Shown here: positions 8,760 to 18,634 of the stretch, one piece after another
How positions within the stretch are numbered: position 1 is the first letter of the stretch
How the letters are laid out: each line of letters begins with the position of its first letter
Source of the DNA: an uncultured Thermoleophilia bacterium
GTDB lineage: Bacteria; Actinomycetota; Thermoleophilia; UBA2241
DNA length: 64,000 nt
Reading direction: 5' to 3'
Assembly (NCBI GenBank): GCA_963699725.1
Contig: CAVOVA010000027.1
Location: 170,066-234,065 of the forward strand
Notes under the pieces: model-generated
Told to the model about the DNA's origin: nothing
Databases searched by the model: none
The model's input: only the letters and a program-made list of their open reading frames with translations
Translations under genes and position numbers: made by a program

Positions 8760-10133
8760 TCAACTGCTCCGCCGGTCGTCTACGCGATGGCAGGCGGTCT
8801 TTCCCTGGCCCACGGTGTCGCGCGGCAGCGCGTACGGCGCGTGAAGCTCGATCGCGGGCGTCACGCCGACCGTCGTCTTGACTTCCTGCACGAACGCCTG
8901 GGCAAGATCCGCTTGCGCTTCGTCGCTCATTTCGGCGAGGCCCCGGATCTCGACCTGCAGGGTGAGCCGGTCGAGGTTGGAGACGTTCTCCACGACCATG
9001 CAGAAGTTGCTGCCGAACTCGTCGTAGCGCACGAGTACCTCTTCGATCTGACTGGGGAAGACGATCAGACCGCCGACGGAGACGGCGTCGTCGCTGCGCC
9101 CGGTGATGCGGCCGATCCTGGGGTGGCTGCGGCCGCACGCGCACGGCTCCCAGGTTAGCGAGCTGATGTCGTGACTGCGGTAGCGGATCATCGCCGTGGA
9201 GTCGCTGGTCAGCGTGGTCCAGACGAGCTCGCCGGGGGCGCCGTCGGCGACCGGCTCGAGCGTCTGCGGGTCGACGCATTCCACGAGCAGGTGGTCCGAC
9301 CACACGTGCATGCCCTGCTTCACGGGGCACTCGGCGGCCATGCCCGGCCCGAGGAACTCGCCCATGCCGTACTCGTTGAAGACGTCGACCCCCATCGCGG
9401 CGGCGAGCCGCTCACGGCCGGACTCCGGCCATGGCTCGGCGCCGAAGAGGCCCACGCGCAGGCTGGAGTCCGTGGCGAGATCGATGCCACGCTCGAGCGC
9501 CTTCTCGGAGAGGTAGAGGCCGTAGGACGGCGTCGTGCAGAGCGCGGTGACGCCGAGGTCGACGATAAGGTCGATGAGCAGCTCCTGGCGGCCGATGCCG
9601 GCGGGCACGACGCCGATGCCGGCGTGCTGGGCGCCGTACTGGAGGCCGACGCTGGTCGGCAGTCCGTAGCCGAAGCAGTTCTGCAGCAGGTCGCCCGGGC
9701 GCAGGCCGATCATCCACATGGTGCGCGCGTTGCGCTCGAACCAGCGGTCCATGTCCTGGCGGGACGCCCAGATGGGCGTGGGCTTGCCGGTGGTGCCGGA
9801 GGTGCTGTGGACCTCGATGATGTTGTCCAGTCCGCAGGTGCGCAGTCCGTCGGGGTAGTGGTCGCGCAGCGTCGTCTTGTCGATGAAGGGGAGGCGGCGG
9901 ACGTCGTCCAGAGACCGGATGTCCGCAGGCGAGGCGCCTGCCGCCGAGCAGAGGTCCCGATAGGCGGCGCTGTTGGCGTACGAGTGATCGACGACGGCCT
10001 GGAGGCGCTCGAGCTGGAGCGCCCGCAGGGCGCCGGGGTCGAGCGTCTCGCAGTACGGCTCGAAGTACTCGCGCTCCTCATCCGCGGCGTAGTGCGATCC
10101 TGCGGCCGCGCCGCCGGGACAGGTCGTGCTCAT
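8760..10133 (-). CDS. Phenylacetate-CoA ligase-like (PaaK family) aryl/heteroaryl-acetate CoA ligase
   Basis: HSTSGTTGKP, GAEPW, IRYR..D, GR.DD, FPSQIE. Confidence 0.85.
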   Translation of the reverse strand: MSTTCPGGAAAGSHYAADEEREYFEPYCETLDPGALRALQLERLQAVVDHSYANSAAYRDLCSAAGASPADIRSLDDVRRLPFIDKTTLRDHYPDGLRTCGLDNIIEVHSTSGTTGKPTPIWASRQDMDRWFERNARTMWMIGLRPGDLLQNCFGYGLPTSVGLQYGAQHAGIGVVPAGIGRQELLIDLIVDLGVTALCTTPSYGLYLSEKALERGIDLATDSSLRVGLFGAEPWPESGRERLAAAMGVDVFNEYGMGEFLGPGMAAECPVKQGMHVWSDHLLVECVDPQTLEPVADGAPGELVWTTLTSDSTAMIRYRSHDISSLTWEPCACGRSHPRIGRITGRSDDAVSVGGLIVFPSQIEEVLVRYDEFGSNFCMVVENVSNLDRLTLQVEIRGLAEMSDEAQADLAQAFVQEVKTTVGVTPAIELHAPYALPRDTVGQGKTACHRVDDRRSS

Positions 10134-10765
10134 GCCCCGGCCTCGCGGCCGGCGGCGAAGGCGGCGAAGTTGAGGTCCTTCCACTTGGGCGGCACGTTGC
10201 GCACGATCGCCTCCTGCCACGTCTCGAGGGCGAAGGGCAGGTGCGTGGAGAGCGCCCCGACGAGGACGATGCCGGCCACCTTGAGGTCACCGACCTCGAG
10301 GGCGATGCCGTTGCCGTCGACGACGATCACGCTGCGTTCCCCGCCGTCCCCGAGGCGATCGAGCGCGTCGAACGGGTAGCTCATGTCGCCCTGCGCGGCG
10401 AGCGGCGGCACGATCTGCTGCGTGTTGACGATGGCGACCCCGCCGGGGACGACCGACGGCGCCGCCCGAAGACCCTCCGCCGACTCGAACGCCAGCAGGT
10501 AGTCGACCTCGCCGGGGCTGATGCTCGGCGCGACCACGGTCTCGCCGATGCGGATGTGCGAGCTCACGCTGCCGCCGCGCTGGCTCATGCCGCGGGTCTC
10601 ACTGAGCTTGACCTCGAGGCCGCCGTGCAGCAGCGCCGTGTCGGCGATGACGGCGGCGGCCACGATCACGCCTTGGCCGCCGACGCCGACGACCATGATG
10701 TCGTCCACGACGCCGCCGGCGTAATGCCGGGCGGCGGCGTCCTGGGTCCTCGTCGCAGCGCTCAT
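10130..10765 (-). CDS. iorB: Indolepyruvate:ferredoxin oxidoreductase beta subunit
   Basis: GVGGQG, GMSQRGGSVSSH; coupled to iorA by ATGA overlap. Confidence 0.9.
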   Translation of the reverse strand: MSAATRTQDAAARHYAGGVVDDIMVVGVGGQGVIVAAAVIADTALLHGGLEVKLSETRGMSQRGGSVSSHIRIGETVVAPSISPGEVDYLLAFESAEGLRAAPSVVPGGVAIVNTQQIVPPLAAQGDMSYPFDALDRLGDGGERSVIVVDGNGIALEVGDLKVAGIVLVGALSTHLPFALETWQEAIVRNVPPKWKDLNFAAFAAGREAGA

Positions 10766-12624
10766 GCCACACCTGCCTTCGCCTTCGAGATGGCCCCCGG
10801 TTTGCAGAGCTGCTCGCACAGCGAGCAGCCGGTGCAGGTCCCCTCGTCGATCCGCACCTTGTGGCGGCCCTTGTACTCGGCCTCCACGTGCGAGAGCGAC
10901 GGGCAGCCGAGCTTCAGGCACTGCTGGCAGGCGTTGCAGACGTCCTCGTCGACCGTGAACGCCTCGCCGCCGATCTTGGCCGGGAAAAGCATGCACGGGC
11001 GGTCGGTGATGAGGACCGCCGGGCCCTCGAAGGCCAGCCCGGCCTTCAGCGCCTTGAGACACGCGTCGTAGTCGTAGGGGTCGACGGTCTCGATGTGCTC
11101 GACCCCCAGGGCCATGCAGATGCCGACGAGGTCGACCGGCGTGGTCTCGGCGCCGGCCAGCGTGCGCTCGTTGCCGGGGTTGGTCTGACCACCGGTCATC
11201 GCCGTGATCCGGTTGTCCTGGATGAGCAGCGTCATGTTGGTGCGCTGGTGGACGGCGTTGAGCAGGCCGGTGAGGCCAGAGTGGAGGAAGGTCGAGTCGC
11301 CGATCACGGCGATCGAGCCCTTCTCGCTGCCGCCGGCGCGCATGAAGCCCTGCTCCATCGGGATGCTGGCGCCCATCTCGACGGCCGAGTGCATGTGACT
11401 GAACGGCGGCAGCGTCGTCAGGTCGTAGCAGCCGATGTCGCCGTGCACGTCGAGGTTGAGCTTCTTCATCGCCGTGGCCATCCCGCGATGCGGGCAGCCG
11501 GTGCAGAGCACGGGCGGCCGCGGGATGACGGAGCCGTCTTCCGCGGGCTTGTCCTCCGCCCAGCGGGGGAGGTCGAGGCCGGCGGCGTGGAAGCCCCGGC
11601 CCACCCGCACGGCGGTCAGCTCGCCCCACTGCGGGAACCACTGCTTGCCCTCGCAGGCGATGCCGGCCGCCAGGATCTGCTCCTCGAGGAACGGCTCCAG
11701 CTCCTCGACGACGAACAGCCGGTCGACGGTCTGCGCGAACGCGCGGATCGCCTCGACGGGCAGCGGATGGATCATGCCGAGCTTGAGGAAGGCGGCGCCC
11801 GGCAGCGCCTCCCTGGCGCTGAGGTACGCCGCCCCGGCGGAGACCACGCCGATCCTCGCCGAGCCGCCGCCCTGCAGCGGCGCCGGGCCGGCAGCCGGCA
11901 CGATGCGCGCCAGGTCGCCCGAGGCCGCGCTCGCCTCGGCGAACGCCTTCAGGCGCTCGACGCGCTCGAGGAGGCCACGGTGCAGCGGCCGCGAGAACTT
12001 GGGCAACAGGCAGTACTTCTCGGTCTTGCGGTCCGGAGGCCGCCGCTCGGGCGCCGGACGCGTGAGAGCGGCCGGGTCGTCTCCGCCGCCGTCCGCGATC
12101 TCGCCGTCGAAGCGCACGATGCTCTTCTGGTGCGCCGTCTGGATGCTCAGGCGCACCATCACCGGAACGTCGAACTCCTCGCTGATGGTGAAGGCGCGCT
12201 TGGCGTACTCGTAGCACTCCTGGCTGTCCGCCGGCTCGAGCATCGGCATGCTGCTGATGCGACCGAAGTAGCGGTCGTCCTGCTCGGTCATGCCGCTGGC
12301 CATGCCGGGGTCGCCGGCGAGGCAGACGACCAGCCCGCCGTTGACGCCCGTGTAGACCGAGCTGATCAGCGGGTCGGCGGCGACGCTGCCGCCCGCGCTC
12401 TTCATCGCCGTGAGGGCGCGCGCGCCGCCCATGGCAGCCCCGAACGCCACCTCGTAGGCGACCTTCTCGTTGGTCGACCACTCGGCGTACACGCCGTCGT
12501 AGCGGGCCAGGTTGGTGACGATCTCAGTGCTGGGGGTGCCCGGGTACGCGGCGGCGATCTGCACGCCGGCCTCCCAAGCCCCCCGGGCGACCGCCTCGTT
12601 GCCGAGCATCAAGTGGGTGTCCAT
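10762..12624 (-). CDS. iorA: Indolepyruvate:ferredoxin oxidoreductase alpha subunit
   Basis: LGNEAVARGA, YPGTPSTE, NEKVA, LCTGCPHR, GDIGCY, GDSTF.HSG, C-terminal 2x4Fe-4S. Confidence 0.92.
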   Translation of the reverse strand: MDTHLMLGNEAVARGAWEAGVQIAAAYPGTPSTEIVTNLARYDGVYAEWSTNEKVAYEVAFGAAMGGARALTAMKSAGGSVAADPLISSVYTGVNGGLVVCLAGDPGMASGMTEQDDRYFGRISSMPMLEPADSQECYEYAKRAFTISEEFDVPVMVRLSIQTAHQKSIVRFDGEIADGGGDDPAALTRPAPERRPPDRKTEKYCLLPKFSRPLHRGLLERVERLKAFAEASAASGDLARIVPAAGPAPLQGGGSARIGVVSAGAAYLSAREALPGAAFLKLGMIHPLPVEAIRAFAQTVDRLFVVEELEPFLEEQILAAGIACEGKQWFPQWGELTAVRVGRGFHAAGLDLPRWAEDKPAEDGSVIPRPPVLCTGCPHRGMATAMKKLNLDVHGDIGCYDLTTLPPFSHMHSAVEMGASIPMEQGFMRAGGSEKGSIAVIGDSTFLHSGLTGLLNAVHQRTNMTLLIQDNRITAMTGGQTNPGNERTLAGAETTPVDLVGICMALGVEHIETVDPYDYDACLKALKAGLAFEGPAVLITDRPCMLFPAKIGGEAFTVDEDVCNACQQCLKLGCPSLSHVEAEYKGRHKVRIDEGTCTGCSLCEQLCKPGAISKAKAGVA

Positions 12625-12795
12625 CAGGTTCCTCCGCCGATGTGGAGTGGCCCGCCCACGATACGCAGACGCGACTCTGAGGTGCAAGCCGATGGACGGC
12701 CTGTCCCGGGACATGGACGGCAAGCCGGACGCCGGAGCGTGGGGCCCGCCGTCGGGTACACTGAGTGCGCCACGCTCACGCCTCGGAGGAACCAC

Positions 12796-14205
12796 ATGAC
12801 CGACTATCCGCTGCGCGCCGCCGCGCTGGACGAAGACGGGTGCGCCGCGCTGCACGATGCCACGCTTCAACTCCTCGAGCACACCGGTGTCGAGGTCCAG
12901 CACGATGAAGCGCTGGCGCTGCTCGAGAAGGCCGGCGCGCGAGTGGACGGCGCCCGCGTCAGGATGCCGCGCGCGCTCGTGGACGACGCGCTCTTCGCCG
13001 CGCCCCGGAACGTCGCGCTCGCCTCCCGCGCAGATGATGACGGGATCGCCCTGGAGAGCGGCCGGACCTACTACGGTACGGGCTCCGACTGCCTGTACGC
13101 CCTGGGACCGGACCGCCGTGACCGGCGCCCGGTCTCGCTCGACGACGTCGAGGAGATGGCGGCGTTGCAGCAGAAGCTGGATTCCATCGACTTCGTCATG
13201 TCCATGGCGCACCCGCACGAGCTGGACGCCGAGTTCGCCCCGGTCGCACAGTTCGCGGCCATGCTGCGCGGCACCACGAAGCCGCTGATCATGGTCCCTG
13301 AGGCGGGCACCGACATCGCCCTGTTCAAAGAGATGGCCGCCGCCTGCGGCGGCGCGGACAGCTGGGCCGTGTACGCCATGCCGACGCCGCCGCTCGTCCA
13401 CGGTCGCCACTCAGCTGAGCGTCTCCTGCGCTGCGCGGAGCAGGACGTCCCGATGGTCTACGCGGGAGCGTACCTGCAGGGCGCCACCGCCCCGGCGTCC
13501 CGCGCCGGCTGCCTCCTGCTCACCAACGTCGAGATGCTGAGCGGTCTCGTCATCGCCGAGCTCGCCAAGCCGGGCGCGCCGTTCGTGTACGGCGTGACGC
13601 AGGGAGCGATGAACGCACGTTCCGCCCACGTGCTGTACTGCGCGCCGGAGGCGATGGCGGACCAGCAGGCCTCCGCCGATCTCGCCGCCTGGTACGACCT
13701 GCCGACCTTCGGCTACGGCGGCTGCTCGGACTCCCTCATGCTGGACGAGCAGTGGGCGTTCGAGGCCGGGATGACACTGATCACCGCGGCGCTCTCGGGC
13801 GTGACCCTGCTGCACGACCTCGGCTACGTGGCCTCCGGCACCGCCTCCTCCTACGAATCGGTCGTGCTCATGGACGAGCTCGTCCGCTGGGTGAAGGCGT
13901 ACCTCCGGGGCGTGACCGTCGACGAGACGGCCCTCGCCGCGGCGGAGATCGCCGAGGTCGGGCCGGGGGGGACCCACCTGGCGCGCAAGTACACGCGGCG
14001 GCACGTGCGCGACTATCTGCAGCCGGACCTGGTCTCCCAGGACCAGTACGACGGCTGGGCGGCCGCCGGCAGCACCTCGCTGCTCGAGCGCGCGGCCGCG
14101 CGGTCGCGCGAATTGCGCGAGGGCGAGCGCGCCTACGCGCCGGCGCCGGACGCGCTGCGCGAGCTCGACACGCTCGTCGAGCGGGCGCGCGCCGGCGGAG
14201 TCTGA
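12796..14205 (+). CDS. MttB-superfamily methyltransferase (non-Pyl) #2
   Basis: YYGTGSDC, IDFVMSM, GATAPAS, LLHDLGY; ATG 12796 after GGAGGA. Confidence 0.9.
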   Translation: MTDYPLRAAALDEDGCAALHDATLQLLEHTGVEVQHDEALALLEKAGARVDGARVRMPRALVDDALFAAPRNVALASRADDDGIALESGRTYYGTGSDCLYALGPDRRDRRPVSLDDVEEMAALQQKLDSIDFVMSMAHPHELDAEFAPVAQFAAMLRGTTKPLIMVPEAGTDIALFKEMAAACGGADSWAVYAMPTPPLVHGRHSAERLLRCAEQDVPMVYAGAYLQGATAPASRAGCLLLTNVEMLSGLVIAELAKPGAPFVYGVTQGAMNARSAHVLYCAPEAMADQQASADLAAWYDLPTFGYGGCSDSLMLDEQWAFEAGMTLITAALSGVTLLHDLGYVASGTASSYESVVLMDELVRWVKAYLRGVTVDETALAAAEIAEVGPGGTHLARKYTRRHVRDYLQPDLVSQDQYDGWAAAGSTSLLERAAARSRELREGERAYAPAPDALRELDTLVERARAGGV

Positions 14206-14259
14206 CGGCGCGCTGGTCGCACGGGAGAGCTGAGCGACGGAGGGTGGGAAAGGGATACG

Positions 14260-15429
14260 ATGCGGCCTCGTCAGTTCGACGTCCGTTCGCTGCGGATGCC
14301 CGGAGCCGCCAAGGTCCTGAGGCAGGCGGCCCGGAAGACGTCAGGCGACCTCACCACACCGGTGAAGGGCCCGGTCGCCCGCGCTGACGCGCGCCGTACC
14401 GGCTACGCCCTGGCGCGCGCCGGCGCCTGGGGCCCCACCCTGCAGCGGGAGATCGAGACCTCGCAGCGCAAGGAGCCCCTCGCGGCCGCACTCGGCTCCG
14501 TCAACGACGTCTTCTCGACGGTCCGGGACGGCGCAGTGAACCCGCGGACCGCGCCTCTGCCCGACCCTGCCGCCCTCAGCGCGCACATCAGGCACGCGGC
14601 GCGCTTCCTCAAGGCCGACCTCGCCGGCATCTGCGAGCTGCCCCAGTGGGCCATCTACGCGCGCGACTGGAAGCGCGACCCGGTCGTCTGCGACCACCGC
14701 TACGCGATCGTCCTCGTCTCGGAGTGGGACTACGACTCTATGGACGCGTCGACCGGCGACGACTGGATCTCGCTGGCCGAGAGCAACGTCGCCTACAATC
14801 AGTCGGCGCTGGTCGCCTGCACCCTGGCGGAGTACATCCGCGACCTTGGCTATCCCGCCCGCGCGCACTTCCAGGGGACGTTCGACCCGCCCTGCTACGA
14901 CGTGGTCGTCACGCCGCTGCTGCTGCTCGCCGGCCTCGGCGAGCTCAGCCGGCCCGGCTGGGCGCTCAACCCAGTGCTGGGCGGACGCTTCAAGGCCTCG
15001 GTCGTGACCACAGACCTGCCCCTCACACCCGATGAGCCCATCGACTTCGGCCTCCAGGCATTCTGCCGCGTCTGCAAGCGCTGCGCCCGGGAGTGCCCGT
15101 CAGGCGCCATCTCGGACGCGGACGCGCCGGTGCCGCACAACGGCTATCTGGCCTACGAGTTCGACCCCGAGCGCTGCGGCAAGTACCGGATCATGAACCG
15201 CGGCGGCGCCTGGTGCGGCCGCTGCGTCAAGGTCTGCCCGTGGAACAAACCGGAAGGCCTTGTCCACGACCTCGTGCGCCTGGCGGCCGCAAGGGCGCCT
15301 CGCATCGACCCGCTCTGGGTCACGCTCGACGAGTGGCTCGGCTACGGCCGGCCGCGGCCAGAGCGGCAATGGTGGCTCGGCCTGGAGCGCACCGACGAAG
15401 GATTCCGGATGGCCGGGAGCGACGGCTGA
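14260..15429 (+). CDS. Reductive dehalogenase-like cobalamin/2x4Fe-4S protein, no Tat leader
   Basis: ADLAGIC, LGYPARAH, AGLGELSR, TTDLPL.PD.PIDFG, FCRVCKRCARECP, C...CGRCVKVCPWNKP. Confidence 0.82.
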   Translation: MRPRQFDVRSLRMPGAAKVLRQAARKTSGDLTTPVKGPVARADARRTGYALARAGAWGPTLQREIETSQRKEPLAAALGSVNDVFSTVRDGAVNPRTAPLPDPAALSAHIRHAARFLKADLAGICELPQWAIYARDWKRDPVVCDHRYAIVLVSEWDYDSMDASTGDDWISLAESNVAYNQSALVACTLAEYIRDLGYPARAHFQGTFDPPCYDVVVTPLLLLAGLGELSRPGWALNPVLGGRFKASVVTTDLPLTPDEPIDFGLQAFCRVCKRCARECPSGAISDADAPVPHNGYLAYEFDPERCGKYRIMNRGGAWCGRCVKVCPWNKPEGLVHDLVRLAAARAPRIDPLWVTLDEWLGYGRPRPERQWWLGLERTDEGFRMAGSDG

Positions 15430-15473
15430 AAGCGGCTTACGAGGGGCCGGACGGAACTGCCGCGGCGGACGGA

Positions 15474-16877
15474 TCAGGTCCGGCAGTACGTGTCGAGCTG
15501 GCGCCGGGTCACGGCGTCGAGGTCGTCCGGCGGCTCGTGCGCGGCCAGCAACTCGGGGACGCGGCGGGCGGCGACAGCGACGGCGTCCTCGCCGCCCGCC
15601 GCGCGCCAGCGCTCGAAGGGCCCGGGAGCGTAGAGCGGCGCGCGCTCGAAGTCCCGCGCGTGCCGCCGCGTGTGCGCCTGGCCGAGGTAGCCGCCGCCGG
15701 GGCCGACGGCCGCGATCACGCCTTCCGCCAGCTCGTCCTCGCCCACCGGTACGGCGGCGAGCGTTGCGCGCAACGCCTCGACGAGCTCGGCGTCGATCAC
15801 GTACTTCTCGAGTGAGAGTGCGTTGAGCGAGCTCAGCATGCCGGCGGCCTGGAAGAGGAAGTGGCCTCCGGCGAGCGCCGCGGCCGAGAGCCCAGCCGCA
15901 GACTCGGCCATGGCCTGGGCGTCCACGGCGTGAGCATCGGTGGCGGCCGCACCGGCGCGCACTGGGAGCCCGCAGCGACGTGCGAGGCCGGCCGTCGCAC
16001 CGGCCAGGCGGGCGAACTCCGGCGTGCCGAAGTGCGCCGCCCCCGTTCGCAACGAGGCCATGGCCGAGATGCCGCCGTACACGAAGGGGGAACCCTCTCG
16101 CGCCGCTTGGGCGAGCACGAGCGAGGCAAGCACCTCCGCGTGCTGGACCACGAGCACACCGCCGAGCGTGGCGGGCCCGCTGGTGCCGCCCATCACGCAC
16201 GCGGTGACGCACGTGGGCTGGCCGAGCCGCGCCCAGCGCATGAGGATCCTCGCCGTCTCGCCCGAGATCTGCAGCGGAGAGGTCGTGTTGAGGATGATGA
16301 GGGCGCGCGGCCGTTCGTGCCAGGCCGCGCCGAAAAGGATCTCGTTGATGCGCTCCGCGTCGTCGATGTCTGCGTCGACGCTCGCGACCCACTCGATCGC
16401 CTTGTCGCTCGCGATGAGGCGAGCGTGTGTGCCACGCCGCGTCCTGACCTCCTCGGGGAGGTCAAGAGGCTCCATGCAGTCGCTGTTGAAGTCGATCGCC
16501 GGCAGCTGGTGGCCAAGACGGGCCGTCGCCTCCAGATCGGCAAGCGTGCCTGGGCGCATGATGCGACCCTCGATCACGTAGGCAGCGCCCGACCCCGAGG
16601 CGAAGACGCGGCCGCCGGCGCCGCCGAGCGGCAGTCCGAGCTCGGGACGGCGACCGGCAAGCACGAACGAAGAGGGCGCGGCGGCCAGCGCCGCCTGCAC
16701 CGCGCCGGCTTCCAGGTAGACGCGCCGGCCGTCGCAGCGGGCGCCGCGAGAGCGGAGCAGGGCGACGGCCTCGTCGTCCTGGACGAGTACGCCGGTCGTC
16801 TCGAGCACGCGGAGCGCGCTCTCATGGACCGCGGCGACCGAGGCCGCATCCGGGAACTCCGTACCTCCCACGCTCAT
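15474..16877 (-). CDS. MttB-superfamily methyltransferase (non-Pyl) #3
   Basis: NTTSPL, GGTSGPATLGG, FGTPE, DAQA..ES, VGPGG.YL. Confidence 0.87.
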   Translation of the reverse strand: MSVGGTEFPDAASVAAVHESALRVLETTGVLVQDDEAVALLRSRGARCDGRRVYLEAGAVQAALAAAPSSFVLAGRRPELGLPLGGAGGRVFASGSGAAYVIEGRIMRPGTLADLEATARLGHQLPAIDFNSDCMEPLDLPEEVRTRRGTHARLIASDKAIEWVASVDADIDDAERINEILFGAAWHERPRALIILNTTSPLQISGETARILMRWARLGQPTCVTACVMGGTSGPATLGGVLVVQHAEVLASLVLAQAAREGSPFVYGGISAMASLRTGAAHFGTPEFARLAGATAGLARRCGLPVRAGAAATDAHAVDAQAMAESAAGLSAAALAGGHFLFQAAGMLSSLNALSLEKYVIDAELVEALRATLAAVPVGEDELAEGVIAAVGPGGGYLGQAHTRRHARDFERAPLYAPGPFERWRAAGGEDAVAVAARRVPELLAAHEPPDDLDAVTRRQLDTYCRT

Positions 16878-16879
16878 CG

Positions 16880-18328
16880 TCAGCCGCCCGGTACGAACCC
16901 GTCGACCAGCGCGTCGATGCGCGCCGCCACCTCTGCGGGGAGCGGCGCGGGCTCGTGGGTCTCGAGCAGCCTGAGAGCTTTGCGGCGGGCTTTCTCCTTC
17001 AGGTCGAGTCCGCCTTCCTCCTGCCAGCGCACGCGGCTTTGGCGGTTGATGATCGTCGGACGCCACTGGGCTTTGCGGAAGTGCTTCGCGGTGTGGCGGG
17101 CGGTGAGGAAGTCGCCGCCGGGACCGACGCCGCGGACCACGTCGACGGCCAGCGTCTCGGGCGTCACCTCGACGCCGGCGAAGAGCTTGCGGTTGAGGGA
17201 GAGGTACTCGTCGGTCAGCACGATCAGCTCCAGGGAGCCGGTCATCCCGTAGTCCAGATACCCGATGTCGTGGTTCAGATTGGACCCGATGGCGAGGCTC
17301 AGGAAGGTAAGCTCCGCCGCCTCCATACCCGCCTGCGCGTCGATCACCTGGGCGTCGGTGGTGCCCGCATAGCCCCAGTTGGGCAGGTCGAGCCAGCGCG
17401 CCATCTCGACGGCGCAGATGTAGCCCATGAGATACTCGGGAGCGTTGTAGGCAGACTGCATCGTCCCCATGTCGAGTACCCCCGGACCGATGCCGAACAG
17501 GAACGGCGCGCCGGGCTTGCGCAGTTGGTGAACGACGAGCCCCAGCAACGACTCGGCTGAGCTCTGCGCGATGTGGCCGGCGACGGTGATCGGCGCCGTG
17601 CCGCCCGCCAGCGGCGCCGGCGAGTAGATCGCCGGAATGCCGTGGTCGGCGCACAAGAGGAGCTTGTCGATGCTCTCGACCGGGTGGCTGAGTGGGCTGA
17701 CCGGCTCGAGGTACATGGTGAAGTACGGCTTCGCGACCAATTCCTCGGGCCCGCCACGCACCAGCGCGGCGATCTCGGCCATCACGCCGAGGTCGCCAGC
17801 GTTCTCGGCGACGACGACCAGCGGCTTGGTGGTGTTCGCGACCATGGCGCGGAAGCTCTCGAGCAGGGCGGCGTGCGGGTCGCCCTCGCCTGGATGTGCG
17901 TACGCCATGACGAAGTCGATGTTCGGCAGCGCGTCGCAGAGGCGAGCGGCCATGACCCCGTCCGCCAGGACGGTCGGCCGGTGCTCGCCGGTGTCGACAT
18001 CGTAGACGCTGGTGACCGCCGACCCGTTGCCGAAGTACGTCTCGTAGCGGCCCAGGCTCATGGCCGGCTGGCCAGATCGGTCGTAGACGGCGATCACCGG
18101 CGGCGCCGTGCTCCGCGCCGTCTCCACTAGCTCGGGCGGGATCTTGACGAGGTCCGGCTCGGTCACCTCGCAGCCGGCGGCGCGGAGCAGTTCGAGCGCC
18201 TCGGGATGGTGCACGCGCTGGCCGATGGTGGCCATGATCTCCAGGGCGGCCTCGTAGATGGCCGCCTTGTCGGCCTCACTCAGATACGTGAATCTCGGCT
18301 GCGACTGACGCATTGCAGGGGTAGACAC
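16880..18328 (-). CDS. MttB-superfamily methyltransferase (non-Pyl) #4
   Basis: Close paralog of #1: LCDALPNIDF, EPVSPL, DAQAGME, HDIGYLD. Confidence 0.9.
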   Translation of the reverse strand: MSTPAMRQSQPRFTYLSEADKAAIYEAALEIMATIGQRVHHPEALELLRAAGCEVTEPDLVKIPPELVETARSTAPPVIAVYDRSGQPAMSLGRYETYFGNGSAVTSVYDVDTGEHRPTVLADGVMAARLCDALPNIDFVMAYAHPGEGDPHAALLESFRAMVANTTKPLVVVAENAGDLGVMAEIAALVRGGPEELVAKPYFTMYLEPVSPLSHPVESIDKLLLCADHGIPAIYSPAPLAGGTAPITVAGHIAQSSAESLLGLVVHQLRKPGAPFLFGIGPGVLDMGTMQSAYNAPEYLMGYICAVEMARWLDLPNWGYAGTTDAQVIDAQAGMEAAELTFLSLAIGSNLNHDIGYLDYGMTGSLELIVLTDEYLSLNRKLFAGVEVTPETLAVDVVRGVGPGGDFLTARHTAKHFRKAQWRPTIINRQSRVRWQEEGGLDLKEKARRKALRLLETHEPAPLPAEVAARIDALVDGFVPGG

Positions 18329-18634
18329 GGTTGCATCCTCCCGGGGCGACGTTCCTCATCGTGCGCGGTCAACCCTGACGCGGAATCGACCCGACATCAA
18401 GCCGGGCCGGGCAACCCACTGCCATGCGAACTGCGCGTTGCCACGGCTCACCGGGGCCAGCTATGCTGGCCCTCGGCGGCGGCGTCAGCGATGCATCGAG
18501 GATCCGCGCGAGAAGCACCGGGCCTCCCGCTCTACGCGCCGACAGACGCCGCCTCGCCTTGAGACAGCGGCGGACGCCGCGCGACCTTCGAGTCCGCGAC
18601 ACGGCTGCCCGTGGTCCTTCGGAAGGAGACGCTC

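Noticed and set aside
10861-12795. Long N-terminal extensions in the ORF track (e.g. 10861-14205+, 318-3623-, 52151-54259-)
   Set aside because: Open-frame run-ons; real starts have an RBS or stop-start overlap further downstream.
18405-18445. Sigma-54 promoter upstream of mttB #4 (TGGCAGTGGGTTGC)
   Set aside because: GG-GC spacing is 9 rather than the required 10.
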